The position numbers were made by a program, and so were the translations under genes. The notes under the pieces are model-generated. The model was not told where the DNA came from, did no database searches, and worked only from the letters and a program-made list of their open reading frames with translations. Of a DNA stretch of 64,000 nt, positions 1 through 12,617 are shown piece by piece. Numbering within the stretch: position 1 is the first letter of the stretch; the number at the start of each line of letters is the position of its first letter. Source of the DNA: Octopus vulgaris (Eukaryota); contig OX597817.1 in the NCBI GenBank assembly GCA_951406725.2, forward strand, positions 95,666,001-95,730,000. The letters run 5' to 3'.

Positions 1-179
1 TGATGATTCAGTTAAATATTTCAATTCGATCGTGTCATCATAGGTCTGGTTTACAAGTTCATGTTTAAGGTTTTATTGATTATTTATCAGGAGCGTCAAT
101 GCAGATAATGCAGATGTGTTCCTCTCTAAACTGTTACAAACGAAGTCATACACATCTTTTTCTCACTATTCGATAGAGG

Positions 180-1820
180 GTCTGGCATAATTACATATGT
201 GTACCCTCTCCCCGACTGTGTTGCCTTATAACTACCAGAAAAATGGATACTTTTAACGAAATTTTCAACAAATACAGCTTATATATTGATTCAGTGCATG
301 TAGGAATTTATGAGGAAGAATTTTTCTGAGGAGGTGGGGAGAGGAGTTTCGGAAAATTCACACGATCCAAATTTTTTCCCTCATAACTTTCAAGAAAATG
401 GATATCTTTTAATGAAATTTTATACAAATACCTTTCAAAGATTATGATTATAAAGAAATTTGTGGGGACATTTTTTCGGTGCGGTGGGGAGAGGAATTTC
501 GGGTCAGGAAGACGAAATAAGTTGAAACTACTGCATTTTGACGGGGATTTTCTCCATTTTTTGAGTCACAACCTTGGAAATGATGGTGTGTGTGTATGTG
601 TGTGTATGTGTGTGTGTGTGTGGTGGGGGTCGTCTTTTTATGAAAAATAACTTTTAAAAATCACCCCATTCCTTCCCATCTCACTCTGGACCGATTTTGG
701 CCGGTATATTTAAACTTAAAAACCATTTTCAAAGGAAAATGTGTACGATTCAAGGGAGATTTGGCTGTTGTTTCTAGCACACCCCAAACCACCACCCATT
801 TTCGCTCTAACATGTATTGATGTTTTTTTCAATATTCTTCTCCCATTAAACACATTTTATGGAATGATGATACGGAAGTAACACACGTGTGGTCCATTGG
901 TGGAATAAAATAACAAAAACATTGTAATTTAAATTTTACCTACACCTCAATCAAACGAAGCCGTGTGTGTGTGTGTGTAAGCAAAAAATATTTTCTGACA
1001 GAAAAGTAGCTATTAAGATTAATAATCTTTTACATACATCTTTATTTTAAATCACTGTGGATAAATGCCAGCAATTACCTTCTCAGGCTCTCCAATGTTT
1101 TAAATTATGAACAGAAACAACCGAGGGCACAGTTGCAAAAACAATCATCAATTTTTTTTAATAGTGTATAAATGTATTTATGGGGAGAAAAATATTGGAA
1201 AACATCAATACATTCGAGAGTAAGAAAGAAAGGAGGAGGGTTGTCTTAGGATGTGCTAGAAACAACAGCCAAAATCTCCCTTAAACGAGTCACTTTTTCC
1301 TCTGAAAATATTAACAATTTTTTAAAATATTTTTTTACCGAAAAGGTTCCTCCCATGCTTTTGAAGTGCAAATCAAATTGGCCAAAATTGGTCCGGAGTG
1401 GGATGATGAGGGGAAGAGGTTGTTAAAAAATGGGGGAAATCCCCGTCAAAACAAAATAGTTTCAATTTATTTGGTCTTCCTGATCAGAAACTCCTCTCTC
1501 CACTCCCTCACAAATAATTCTCCCCATAAACTTCTTTATAATCGTAATCTATGCCGTTTGAAAGGTATTTGTATAAAATTTCATTAAAAGCTATCAATAT
1601 TCCTGAAAGTTATGAGGGAAAAAGTCAGATCTTGTGAATTTTCCGAAACTTCTCTCCCTACCCTTTCGGAAAAATTCTTTCTGATAAATCCCTGCGTACA
1701 CTGAATCCACAGCATCTAAGCGGTATTTGTTGAAAATTTCGTTAAAAAGCATCCATTTTTCTGGATGTTATGAGGCAACATAGTCGAGGCAGGGTTACAG
1801 ATATGTAGTTAAGCCGAGAG
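180..1820. repeat. Diverged long inverted repeat (arms ~180-860 and ~1165-1820); foldback/MITE-like or two inverted copies of a dispersed repeat
   Basis: For example ttacatatgtgtaccctctccccgactgtgttgccttataactaccagaaaaatggatac (~191-250) is the reverse complement, with mismatches, of ~1750-1810. ttggctgttgtttctagcac (761-780) pairs with gtgctagaaacaacagccaa (1253-1272). Confidence 0.8.
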
Positions 1821-2295
1821 TCTCTCTCTTCTACAAATCGTCGCTGCTCTTCTCTGCTGTATTGCAACTCATGCAATAACTCCAAATTGCCAATATCCTG
1901 ATTAGCGACAATATTGTTTGGCGTTGGCAAGTTAAAGTCACTAAGACTTTTGCCCAGGTCGTTAAGTTTGTCTCCAAAATACAGAAGACATTGATCATAA
2001 TGTCTCTTGCTTTTCTTCCCTTTCAGAATTAGCGTTTCTTCCCTTTCAGAATTATGTTATTTTGAGTGTATTTTCCCATTATGCACCATTTGGCTATTTA
2101 TGGAGGTAGCCAAAAAAAAAAAAAAACAATCGTATCTCGGGAATTCGTGGTCCGATTTACGCAAACTTGTTTTATTCCGTTTGTAGTCACATTTCACGGA
2201 TATTTTTCTTTCAGAGAATTTTCCTATTATGCGCCGGTTTGGCTGTATTAAATTACAGACACACATACACACACCTTAATTATTTTGGGTAATGT

Positions 2296-2545
2296 GAGGC
2301 GCGTAGATTAGTATTAGGGTATTGCACTCATGATAGTAAGAATGTGGTTTCCTAGACCGGGTGATGCGTTGTGTTCTTGAGAAAAACACTACATTTCACG
2401 TTGTACCAGTTCACTCAGCTGGTAAAAATGAGTAACTCTGTGTCGAAACGTCCAGTGGAATGCACAGTGGAAATTATATACGGCACAGAATCCGAGAAAT
2501 TAGCCTTATGAGTTTATGGCTCGGGAAGGATCATTGATCCCTTTT
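2296..2545 (+). mobile_element. Degenerate tRNA-derived SINE (second family)
   Basis: tRNA-like head followed by a conserved-core-like gttcttgagaaaaacact...cagttcactcagctggtaaaaatgagt. A related 3' part is at ~38790-38990. Confidence 0.5.
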
Positions 2546-2565
2546 TTATTCTTAGTTACATAATG

Positions 2566-2620
<55 letters not shown>

Positions 2621-2983
2621 TAAGTACATCCAACCTAACTTGGATGTGTTGTTTATAAACGCCTGAGACTGCGGTAAAGGTCGTGTAAAAGACAAATGTC
2701 AAAGAGCTAAAAACAGAATCTGTTTACCTGATTTTCGGTCTTGTATTCGGTGTCTGTCTGTTGCTGTGATCCGAAATACGGCAAAATCACTTGATACAAC
2801 AGTGCCATCCGCCGGTGCAGACAAATTATCGTCAACTTATGCTATCTATACTTTTTAACATTTGTCATCTACACTGAATGAGTTCTCGGGACGTTTACCG
2901 CAATCATAGACGTTGAAAACAACACAACTAAGGTTAGATTGCCACTTAATATTCGTTACAACGTCTACTTCTGTCGCTGATAG

Positions 2984-3035
<52 letters not shown>

Positions 3036-3181
3036 TACTTGTATACACACGCATACAAACACGTGTACAGAGACTGTAGGGAGAGAGGGGTGAAAAGAGA
3101 GAGAGAGAGAGAGAGTATAATATATACATATATAAATGTTTGCTTACAAACGCACATGCATGCGCAACATACACTCACTCC

Positions 3182-3212
<31 letters not shown>

Positions 3213-3297
3213 GCGCACATCAAGCGCAACATACACTCACATACACAAAAATATAAGTGGAAAATGTTGCCAATTTAAATCTTCTTTAATATTTCAG

Positions 3298-3739
3298 ATA
3301 AGAGTTGGTGTTTTGTCTTTTAGTAGCTGGCCTAGTATCAATATCTACCTAAAGGAATCGACTGATCGTGAAAGCATCCAGAGAAAAATTGAAGTTATAA
3401 AACATCAGCAAGGAGATATGACCAACACAGATGCTGCTTTAAATATGCTCGCAGACACTATGTTTAAACCCGAATATGGTGGTAGAAAAAATGCTGAGCA
3501 TTTAGCAATCCTGCTAACCGACGGAGTGTCTTACAATCCCAAAGCCACACAAGCCGCTGCAAAAAGATGTCATGATGCCAATATCAAGATAATTGCTATC
3601 GGAATTGGTGACAAAATTAACAGTGAAGAACTGAGAGATATTGCTAGTGAACCAAAGAGCCGGAATTTTCTCTTTTCAGCAGATTTCACTGCCCTGAATC
3701 GTATAGAATCCGATGTTATCCAAAGAACATGTCAAGAAG
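3298..3739 (+). CDS. Exon of multi-VWA extracellular matrix protein (C-terminal part of a VWA domain; upstream exons not found in window)
   Basis: Acceptor atttcag|ATA (phase 0), donor GAAG|gtactg (phase 1). Translation IRVGVLSFS...TNTDAAL...ILLTDG...IIAIGIG...LRDIASEP is a typical VWA signature. Confidence 0.9.
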
Positions 3740-3989
3740 GTACTGTACATTATAATTCAAATAATATGGAAGTATTTAACTATACTTTGAGGGAATATAT
3801 ATATATATATATATATGAATTGATTGCATCGCAATCATTAACACTTATGTATTAACTTTGTTGGGTACTTCACTAGCAGTATATTGGATATATGTTATCC
3901 CATGGAGGGTTGCATTTACAACCCCTATCTCAATTTGTATTTTGTATATATATCTCCCCTCCCACTCTCTCATCACCCCGCCTCTTCAA

Positions 3990-4712
3990 ACCCACAGATT
4001 CCAACCTCTACCCCAACTTCTTCTCCTCCCATCCCTCCACACCAAACGAGTCATCTCCTGCGCTCGTCTAATCGATAGCACAACACCAAACCCCACATTA
4101 ATCCTCTAACAGCACCCTCTTTCTCCTCTTTTCCCACCCCTCCACCCTACCTCTCGTCGGAGGATCCTACGGGCTTTCCGTCGTCTCTAGCTAGATCCTA
4201 CCACCCGTCCCATTTTCTCCAACCCACCCTTGTCCTCCTTTAAACGCGTCAGTAACCTACGCAATCTACTGGTCCGTAGCACCTTCTCCTCTTCTCCTCA
4301 TCCCCACCCGGATCCTTCCCTTGCTCTAGATCCCGCTGCCAACCTGCCTTTTCATCACCTCCCTCACTGGATCCAACCAGCACACTCTCCACATTAGAAA
4401 CTCCTTCTCCTGTACCTCTTCAAGCCTTATCTATTGCATTAGATGTAATATCTGCAATAAATTCTACGTTGGTTAGATGGGCCGCCGGCTGGCCGACCGG
4501 TTCACCGAACATCTAAGAGATGTTCAGCTACACACGAACACCCCCATCGCCCGTCATTTCCGCTTGGCCAACCACTCCCCCTCTAATATCTCCGCCTTTG
4601 CCCTCGCCCTGCACTACGGATCCACACACTTGCGTCTCCGCCTGGAACAGCGTTACATTTTCAATCTACAAACACAAATTCCTTTCAGACTCAACACAAC
4701 CCCCTCCTCTTA
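3990..4712 (+). mobile_element. Degenerate Penelope-like element 3' fragment (Neptune-type Zn linker + GIY-YIG endonuclease)
   Basis: Reads PCSRSRCQ... then LIYCIRCNICNKFYVG*MGRRLADRFTEH...EQRYIFNLQT...LN, with stops and frameshifts. Confidence 0.8.
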
Positions 4713-6094
4713 ACGACTGTCTCTATAAACTCCTTAATAAAAGCAAATTTTATTTTTTTAATTTTATTCTATTTTATTTCATTTCATCTTATTTTATCCT
4801 CCCTTATACCCACTTACGTTTTACACTGTTACTCTTTTCTCGATTTTGTATAGTTTTCTTTCTGTCAAATTGTTTAACTTTTCAATTGCTTTATTTTCTA
4901 TAATTGTATTAATTTCTATTTTATCCCTTTAATTATTATTATCTTATTTTTTACTTTTTATCTTGTATCAGTTATTTTTTGCAATTTTTTACATCTTGTA
5001 CCCATTGCCCTTCCCCCTTTATTTATGGATCTTATTTTACTATATTTTATTTTCTTTCTCTATACACGCACGCATAAATACACACACACGCAAAAATACA
5101 CGCACTCGCGCACACACATGAACGCACATATATTTCCCACACACACCACACACATACACAAAACACACATACATGCACATACCTACACACATACACGCAC
5201 ACAGACACATACACACACGTACATACAGATGCACACACGTGCATACACACGCACGCTAACACGAACGCACATATACATTCACATAACACAGTCCCACACA
5301 CACACTCACATACGCATAGGCCCATACACACGCACACATACATACACACATACACACACGCACACATACACGCACACACGTCAATGCACATATCACACAT
5401 ATATATCTCACACACCACACACACAGCATGCACATACATGCACACACACAGCATGCACATACATGCACACACACACAAATCACACACATACATGCACACA
5501 CACACACAAATCACACACATACATGCGCGCACGCACACACACGTACACACACGCACACACACACATACACACACACGCACACACATACTTCAAACTGCCA
5601 GTGAAACACCTTTCTACTGACCATTCCTCTACGCACGTGAAGAGACACACAACTACACAAAGGACCATCACTCCAGTTACCATGCTGCTAAATTCTTCTT
5701 GCGACATTAAGGAACACAAAGTTCACTCATACATACACATATAAACAGCCCAAACCACACAACACATATACACATATGCACACACACACGTGCTATAACA
5801 CACACACACACACTTGCGCGCACGCACATACCCACACATATATGCACATACCTCTTTCTCTTACACTTTCCTGTCTTAGAAAGAAAACCCATTCCCTTCC
5901 GGTCATTTCAAAATGTAACCACATGTGAATCGTTGGCGATTTTCTTCCGTCTTCCTTTCTATTGGACTTTCCTCTGTTTCAAAGCATCTTTCTTTCCTTC
6001 CTGGATCGTCTGCTAATACTTTACGTGTACCACGTCCTCGCGTTGTTGATCTTTTGAGTTTGTTCTTTTTTGGATTTACTATATATATATATGA

Positions 6095-6277
<183 letters not shown>

Positions 6278-6820
6278 ATATAGGATAAATGGCCAGCATA
6301 TTAAAAAATACCTTTAAAGGTTAAATTTATAAACAACTTATAAACAAGGGCGAAAGAAAAAAAATTCTAATGCTAAAATATGCCGAAACTAGACACATTG
6401 TCCATAACCATATAATTCATCACTATAAGTACGTGTCTCGAAGAAAGCCGACTGAAATTTCTAAAAAAACCCGTTATTACCATATCGGACCCGATTTCAG
6501 AGTTAGTTCATAACCACCTTCTCTTCGTCAATGATAAATGCAGCAAAGGAATAAATGAAATACCTACTTATACCCACGGGAGAAACAAACACTAAGTCAT
6601 GAGCACAATTAAGTACCCCAAATATATCCACAATAGAAATTCTCCAGCCCATTCGAGACACGTGCGATTCGAACTGAAAACTCTCAAAGAGTGAGAGAGT
6701 CCGGAAGTGAACACTATTAAATTTACATCTAATATAGGATAAAATGTTTCGAAAAAAATTTTATCAATGACCAGCATATTAAAAAATACCTTTAATAAGT
6801 AAAAAATACCTTAAGTAAGT

Positions 6821-6869
<49 letters not shown>

Positions 6870-6901
6870 TTTATTTTAAGCAGCAGAAAATTCAACAAAA
6901 T

Positions 6902-6939
6902 CTGTTACTCTGAGTTTCTCGTTGCCGTTCATCAGACAG
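6902..6939 (-). ncRNA. Minimal type I hammerhead ribozyme in pLTR
   Basis: ctgt-CTGATGA-acg gcaa cga-GAAA-ctcagag-TA-acag; GUA cleavage triplet. Confidence 0.75.
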
Positions 6940-7949
6940 TTTTTGCTAGAATGGAACTTATATATTAATTCAATCTATACTCTTACAAACGCTACACCTT
7001 TAAAAAGAAATGGACTTGTTTGATTGGCCCTTTAGAAAAAACGGTCAATCTTCGAGCGATAAACAAAAAGGTCAAAAATATATGTATATATATATATAAA
7101 AAAACTTATAAAAATTATAAAATCCGAGGAAAAAACCGAGGAAAAAACCTATTGCCGTTAATGAAGACAGTACAAATTAATGCATAGAAATTAAACCTGT
7201 TATAAATACTGCAATACATATTTATATTAAAATCTACATATATATATCAACATACACAAAAGGATGCGCGTAAACGCCATACATACATATACAGACGTAT
7301 GAATATGAATCTAAATATACACATAAAAGCATGTGTACATATATTCACGCAAACCGTCTCGCACGCAAGCTAAAATTCATCTATGTAGCAATTCTCATAT
7401 ACTGAGCAAGGAGGGGGAACGAAAGAAAGGGAAAGAGAGAAAAAGGAACGAAGGAGGGGTGGGGAAAAAACTTGTAACGATGTTATTGGCATCTATAGAG
7501 ACCAGTATACATACACAAGTTTGAATTGATACATATACATACCGTCGTGTATATGTGTGCTTAAGCACAAGCATACTTTCACTTACACATACACAGATAC
7601 GCATGCTTACAAATACATATGCTTTGCTATACACATACTTATATAAACATTCTAATTTTGACAACATTGCTTTTTTTTAAAAAAACATTGCTTTTAAAAA
7701 ATGGGTGCATTAATAAAAATATATACGAAAGACATATAAAATAAAATATAACATCCTATTTTGGGTCATTTATAAATAATCAAGGTAATATAAATAATCA
7801 AGGTAATCCTATGCAATACAATAACATGAAAACAAAGTTTGTAGGTTTTTCCTAATATATATGTAGAAACATAAGACTTTGCTATAAATCCGTCGTAGCG
7901 CTCAAGATTCAAAATCAAAATCAAAAATCAAAAATACAAAATATATACT

Positions 7950-8966
7950 CTATCCATATGGTATATTTATATTCGACATTTTAAATTTAGCCGCGTGCCT
8001 ACATAAGTTCATTAACTCACTTCTTTGATTCAAAGAATTATTGTCTTTGAATAAGATGTGCATTTTTTCTAATAGGCAGAGTCTGCACTTGAAATTATAT
8101 TTGTAAGCTCCATGCCTGTATGGTGCCGCCCTGTCCAGAATGCTCCATGTTACGTTGAAAGGTGGGGCTTCCTTTTCTTTTAGTTTCCAGACATATTTTG
8201 CTAGGCTGGTTTTCTTCCTATTCTCTGGGTATTTAAAAGAATTCTTATGAGAATAAAATCTTGTTTTAAATGAATTTTCTGAAGCCCCTGTGTATGTCTT
8301 GTATTCCGATGAGCCTTCCACTTGCACCTTGGCTCTATAAACTACTCCTTTCACTAGACATTTCCCTTCTAACGGACAGGAGCTTTCGTTTTTGAAATTA
8401 CATTTCTTAATGGGCTCGGCACCATGTCTAATCTCAATTAGCTTCCTATTATGTTGGCTAATGTAAGAGGCGAAATTTCTGCAACAAGAATAGCTAACCT
8501 TCAGGGTTCTTCTATTAAATATTCTGTAGAATTTATGACCCTGCTTAAAATGCTTAGAGACTAATCTCAAAAATTCCTTACCTATATTAGTCTTTACGGC
8601 CAAATTGAAAGCCGGGTTGAACCACAAAACTTTCCTGGTCCTAGTTCTTCGTGCAGCATTATTATTAGCATTAAGCTGGTTGAACTGGATCTTCTCCGAG
8701 AATCCACTATTCTTTAATGCGCTATCGTAATAAGGTGCAGCATTATGGAATGCTGCCTCGTCCGAAGAAATTGAAGATATTCTTCTACCTACATTGCTGA
8801 CTAAGTTGCTAAGGATAACTGGTGGATGGTTCGAATCTTTGCTAATATACGATAGCTTTTCATTGGGCTTACGGAAAGGTTTAAATCTATCCGATCTTAC
8901 ATTAAAATTTACGTCTAAAAAATCTACACTATTCAGGTTAGCATCTATCGTAATCCGGCCAATCAA
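7950..8966 (-). CDS. PLE RT thumb + GIY-YIG endonuclease (5'-truncated; probably Nematis-type)
   Basis: VDFLDV...SNHPP; CPLEGKC...VVYRAKV...YTGASE..FKTRFYSH...CRLCLLEK...LNQRSEL..CRH. Confidence 0.85.
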   Translation of the reverse strand: MIGRITIDANLNSVDFLDVNFNVRSDRFKPFRKPNEKLSYISKDSNHPPVILSNLVSNVGRRISSISSDEAAFHNAAPYYDSALKNSGFSEKIQFNQLNANNNAARRTRTRKVLWFNPAFNLAVKTNIGKEFLRLVSKHFKQGHKFYRIFNRRTLKVSYSCCRNFASYISQHNRKLIEIRHGAEPIKKCNFKNESSCPLEGKCLVKGVVYRAKVQVEGSSEYKTYTGASENSFKTRFYSHKNSFKYPENRKKTSLAKYVWKLKEKEAPPFNVTWSILDRAAPYRHGAYKYNFKCRLCLLEKMHILFKDNNSLNQRSELMNLCRHAAKFKMSNINIPYG

Positions 8967-9046
8967 ACAAGTCCATTTCTTTTTAAAGGTGTAGCGTTTG
9001 TAAGAGTATAGATTGAATTAATATATAAGTTCCATTCTAGCAAAAA

Positions 9047-9084
9047 CTGTCTGATGAACGGCAACGAGAAACTCAGAGTAACAG
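9047..9084 (+). ncRNA. Minimal type I hammerhead ribozyme in inverted pLTR
   Basis: Same motif as 6902-6939, on the + strand. Confidence 0.75.
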
Positions 9085-9186
9085 ATTTTGTTGAATTTTC
9101 TGCTGCTTAAAATAAAGCATATTACTCTACCACTGGTATTTGAGTACTCTTTTTTCCACCTTGTTTCACATTTATGTGTTTACTCC

Positions 9187-9220
<34 letters not shown>

Positions 9221-9223
<3 letters not shown>

Positions 9224-10139
9224 ATTAGTGAATTGAAGAAATGGAGCTGAACGAAGATTGAACAGAGATCGTTTTATTTCATTCTACACGTGTTTCGAAA
9301 GGCTTTGTTTTTGACGACGGGGGGTTTCTTTGACAAGGCATGATTAGACGAACACACACACATAAAACATAAAATATTTTTCTGCCGCCCGACGGTTTTT
9401 ACTGCAGTGACCATTGTGTAGAGCTGTTTAACAACTGACAGCCGCGCGATCAAACGCACACACGTACACAAAAAATGTTTTCTACCCCTTGACGGAGTTC
9501 TCAGCAGTGACCAGAAAATAGCGCTTCTTACCAACTTGCGCCAGCACACATATATAGAACAGTAAACACACACATGTCTCTAAGTAGATTTTTTCTCGCC
9601 CCATATAATACATCCAATATTCTTTAAATAGTCAGAACTTTACTCTCGGTCACAAAGAACATCTACACACCCCGTGCCCTCACCCACAGCAATGACCGCT
9701 GCCTGACCCGTTAAAATCTTCAACGCACCCACCACCCGTTCTCAACATACACTGATAAACAGTTTGACCATGGGCTCTTAGGAGCCTAGTTCGATTTATT
9801 TTGCTCCGCCTCTGTTCTGTTTTTGTTTTTTCCAACGGATTTCCTATTTCTTCCTGAAGAGAAAGACACAATATGGTCTCATTATTCAATCGGATTTTGG
9901 TAAATTGTGCCTTTCGAAACACGTGTAGAATGAAATAAAATGATTTCTGTTCAATCTTCGTTCAGCTCCATTTCTTCAATTCACTAATAATATTAAAATT
10001 CAATTATCCGCACCAACGCACGGTTGCAACACCATATGGTTGTACCTCCAACCGTGCTGTCTTCTGCTGTGATTTTTGCTACCAAGGTATCGGTTAAACT
10101 TTTGATTAATCTGCTACAAGATTATTCATCTTTCTATTT

Positions 10140-10140
<1 letters not shown>
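9221..10140. repeat. PLE-type 3'UTR/pLTR remnant with inverted ends (9221-9303 vs 9919-9991) and decayed HHR (gaaacacgtgta)
   Basis: Near-identical inverted arms, palindromic stem III acacgtgt, bounded by (TA)n. Confidence 0.55.
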
Positions 10141-10217
<77 letters not shown>

Positions 10218-11816
10218 ATGGCGCCGAACTAACAAGTCGAGTGTTAATGTGTCTCTCCTAAAGTTTAAAAAGACCTCCAAGAGATCGATGTTATCAGAAG
10301 TGAATTTTGTCTGTAAAGCAAATATAAATGAAAGTACGACAAGACACTGTATTTGAGAAGAATATTTTCGCTTTTGATATAGTATTTGCGACTAGAACAT
10401 ACCTCGCGAGTACATGTGTTGAAACCACGTGTGTTACTTCCTGAAGTCGAAGTGAATTTTGTCTGTGAAGCAACGACAAGACGCTGTATTTTTGAGAAAG
10501 ATATTTTCGCTTTTGGTGTGGTGTATCCGTGTGTTTTGAAAACATCTGAAAATTTGCTGCCTGATACCAAATTGCTTAAATATTGATCTCGCAAAGGGAT
10601 CGAAACATAAGAAAATATTGAAAATATTGCATCTACGAACATCGGAACTCTATTCTTTTCTTTTGTTTACAAAATACAAGTAAAGAATACAGGAATATTG
10701 AAGGTCTGTCTTTTTATCTTTCTTTCTTCTAAAACAGAGTGAAGGTAAGTGTTCTCTCAGTCGGAAGGTAAGGAAAAATATTATTTATTATTAGTGTTCT
10801 CTCAACCAGAAGATAAAAAACAAAAAAACGAAAACAAAAAACAAAAACAAAAAAACATTATTTATTATTATTAATAATCGACGATCTTACGGTTCTAAGA
10901 TCGCCAAATAATACATAGATATAATCGCGATTATAAATATAAAAGATATAAGAATACACGCTATCTGACTATCTGTGTAACCTGCCATACTCTCTCTATC
11001 TCTTTCTTGTCTCTCCATCCATCAGACCCTCTATTTCCGCTCTCTCTACCCCCCTCTCTCTCTCTCTGCCATCGTTTCTCTTTCTGCATCTTTCTCTCAG
11101 ATCAACTTTCTCACATCTCACCCCCTCTCTGTTCTTCTACTTCACTCATTCTCTCTTATATCACTATCCCACCCTCTCTCTCCCTCTCTCTCTCCCTCTC
11201 TCTCTGTTACTCTCCCTCCCTCTCTCTGCCTCTCTTCTCTCCGCTCCTTCACAGATCAAACCCCTTTATCTCTTCTCCTTCTGTCCCCTTATTTCTTTCT
11301 CTACACCACCCTCCCTGTCCCTTTACCACATTCTCTTGCACCTCTATCGCACCCCCTCTTTCCCTCTCTCCTTTTTATTCCTACCTTTCCTCTCCCTGCT
11401 CCCTCTAAGGTTCACCCCCTTGTCTCTTTTTTCCTCTCTCTGTCTCCTTTCCCCACACCACCCTCTCTGTCCCTTTACTTCACTCTCTGGTACCCCTATC
11501 CCCCCTCTCTCACCCTCTCCATTTTATCTCTCTGCCTTTCTTCTCCCTGCTCCCCCTAAGGTTCATCCCCTTGTCTCTCTTTCCCCCTGTCCCTTTACTT
11601 TCTCTCTACCACACCTCTATCCCGCTCACTCTCCCCCTGTTGACCTGCCATTCTTTCTCTTTTCTCTCAGGACAATCCCCTCGTCTCTCTCTCTATCCCC
11701 CCCTGGATGATCTGCCACCAGCTTTTCTCCTTTCTCTTCTCCATCTCACGTCAACCATCTTATCTTTCCTTCTCTCTCTGTTCCTATATTTCACTCTTAC
11801 TGTATCTCGGGCGAAA

Positions 11817-12617
11817 ATGTCAAGAAACTGGTCTGTGAGGGAGTTGAGATTGTTCGTCCGCGCCTGGAAGATTGCCGAGGGCGACTCGCCAAACAATACC
11901 ATTGCAGCGGCGCTAAAGAGCAATGATTTTTCGAGGACCACCGCCCAGATAGAGCGAAAGAAACGAGAATTTCTCCGTTCACACGCTCTAATCAGGCAAC
12001 ACATGGACACTCTGGACATCATCCTAAGAAGTGACTGCACCAGGGAAGACCAAAAAGATGAAGAAAACACCCAGGACCCAACAAAAGGCACAACCGAGAA
12101 ATCTGCAACCAAGGGAAACAATGGCACATGTCCAGCTCCCAACACAACTGAAGACCAAAGAGGTGCGATAGCCGCAAAAAAAAGAAAGCACCCTAAAATT
12201 GATGGGAAACAAGAGGTAAAAGACAAGAAAATTAAAACTAAAAGAAACACTGTTCAGAAAATACAAAAGAACCCCAGCAAGAACTATAAGGGCAAAGGGA
12301 GAAACATCTGCAAATTCTACCTGAAGGGGGACTTCTGGCACGGCGTCGGAGGTGCAAACTGTCGCTTTGCACATCAGAAGCCCTACCAAAACCGCACGGA
12401 CACAAGACAAAAATCCCTCCCTCGGGGAGAACAAAAAGATAAAGAAAAAGAAAAATATAAAAGAAGGAAAAATAGCGCACTGACCACTCCTGAAAGACGA
12501 TATGCGGATGTAGTGCGCGGTAACCCAACAAATGGCCAGCTTCACCCAGATGTGAGAAGAGCAGCAGCTGAACAGCAATCTTTTTTGTGCATGGCACAAA
12601 AATTGTTCAGCAGCTGA
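11817..12617 (+). CDS. LINE ORF1p: Myb/SANT-like N-terminus plus degenerate CCCH zinc finger
   Basis: MSRNWSVRELRLFVRAWK...IAAALKSNDFSRTTAQIERKKREF; ICKFYLKGDFWHG...NCRFAH. Confidence 0.65.
   Translation: MSRNWSVRELRLFVRAWKIAEGDSPNNTIAAALKSNDFSRTTAQIERKKREFLRSHALIRQHMDTLDIILRSDCTREDQKDEENTQDPTKGTTEKSATKGNNGTCPAPNTTEDQRGAIAAKKRKHPKIDGKQEVKDKKIKTKRNTVQKIQKNPSKNYKGKGRNICKFYLKGDFWHGVGGANCRFAHQKPYQNRTDTRQKSLPRGEQKDKEKEKYKRRKNSALTTPERRYADVVRGNPTNGQLHPDVRRAAAEQQSFLCMAQKLFSS

Larger units (their letters stand above)
6870..9190 (-). mobile_element. 5'-truncated Penelope-like element with inverted pseudo-LTR at the truncation point, flanked by (TA)n
   Basis: ORF 8966-7950. pLTR at 6870-7030 (-) is the near-identical reverse complement of 8958-9117 (+). 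Both pLTR copies carry an HHR. Confidence 0.9.

Noticed and set aside
2882-2932. Possible upstream VWA exon ending AAG|gttag
   Set aside because: In-frame stop at 2879, no convincing acceptor and no DxSxS motif.
5025-5744. His/Thr-rich and Cys/Val-rich ORFs (and many similar YI, MYVC, HT ORFs across the window)
   Set aside because: Translations of CA/TA/TATG microsatellites, with no domain or splice support.
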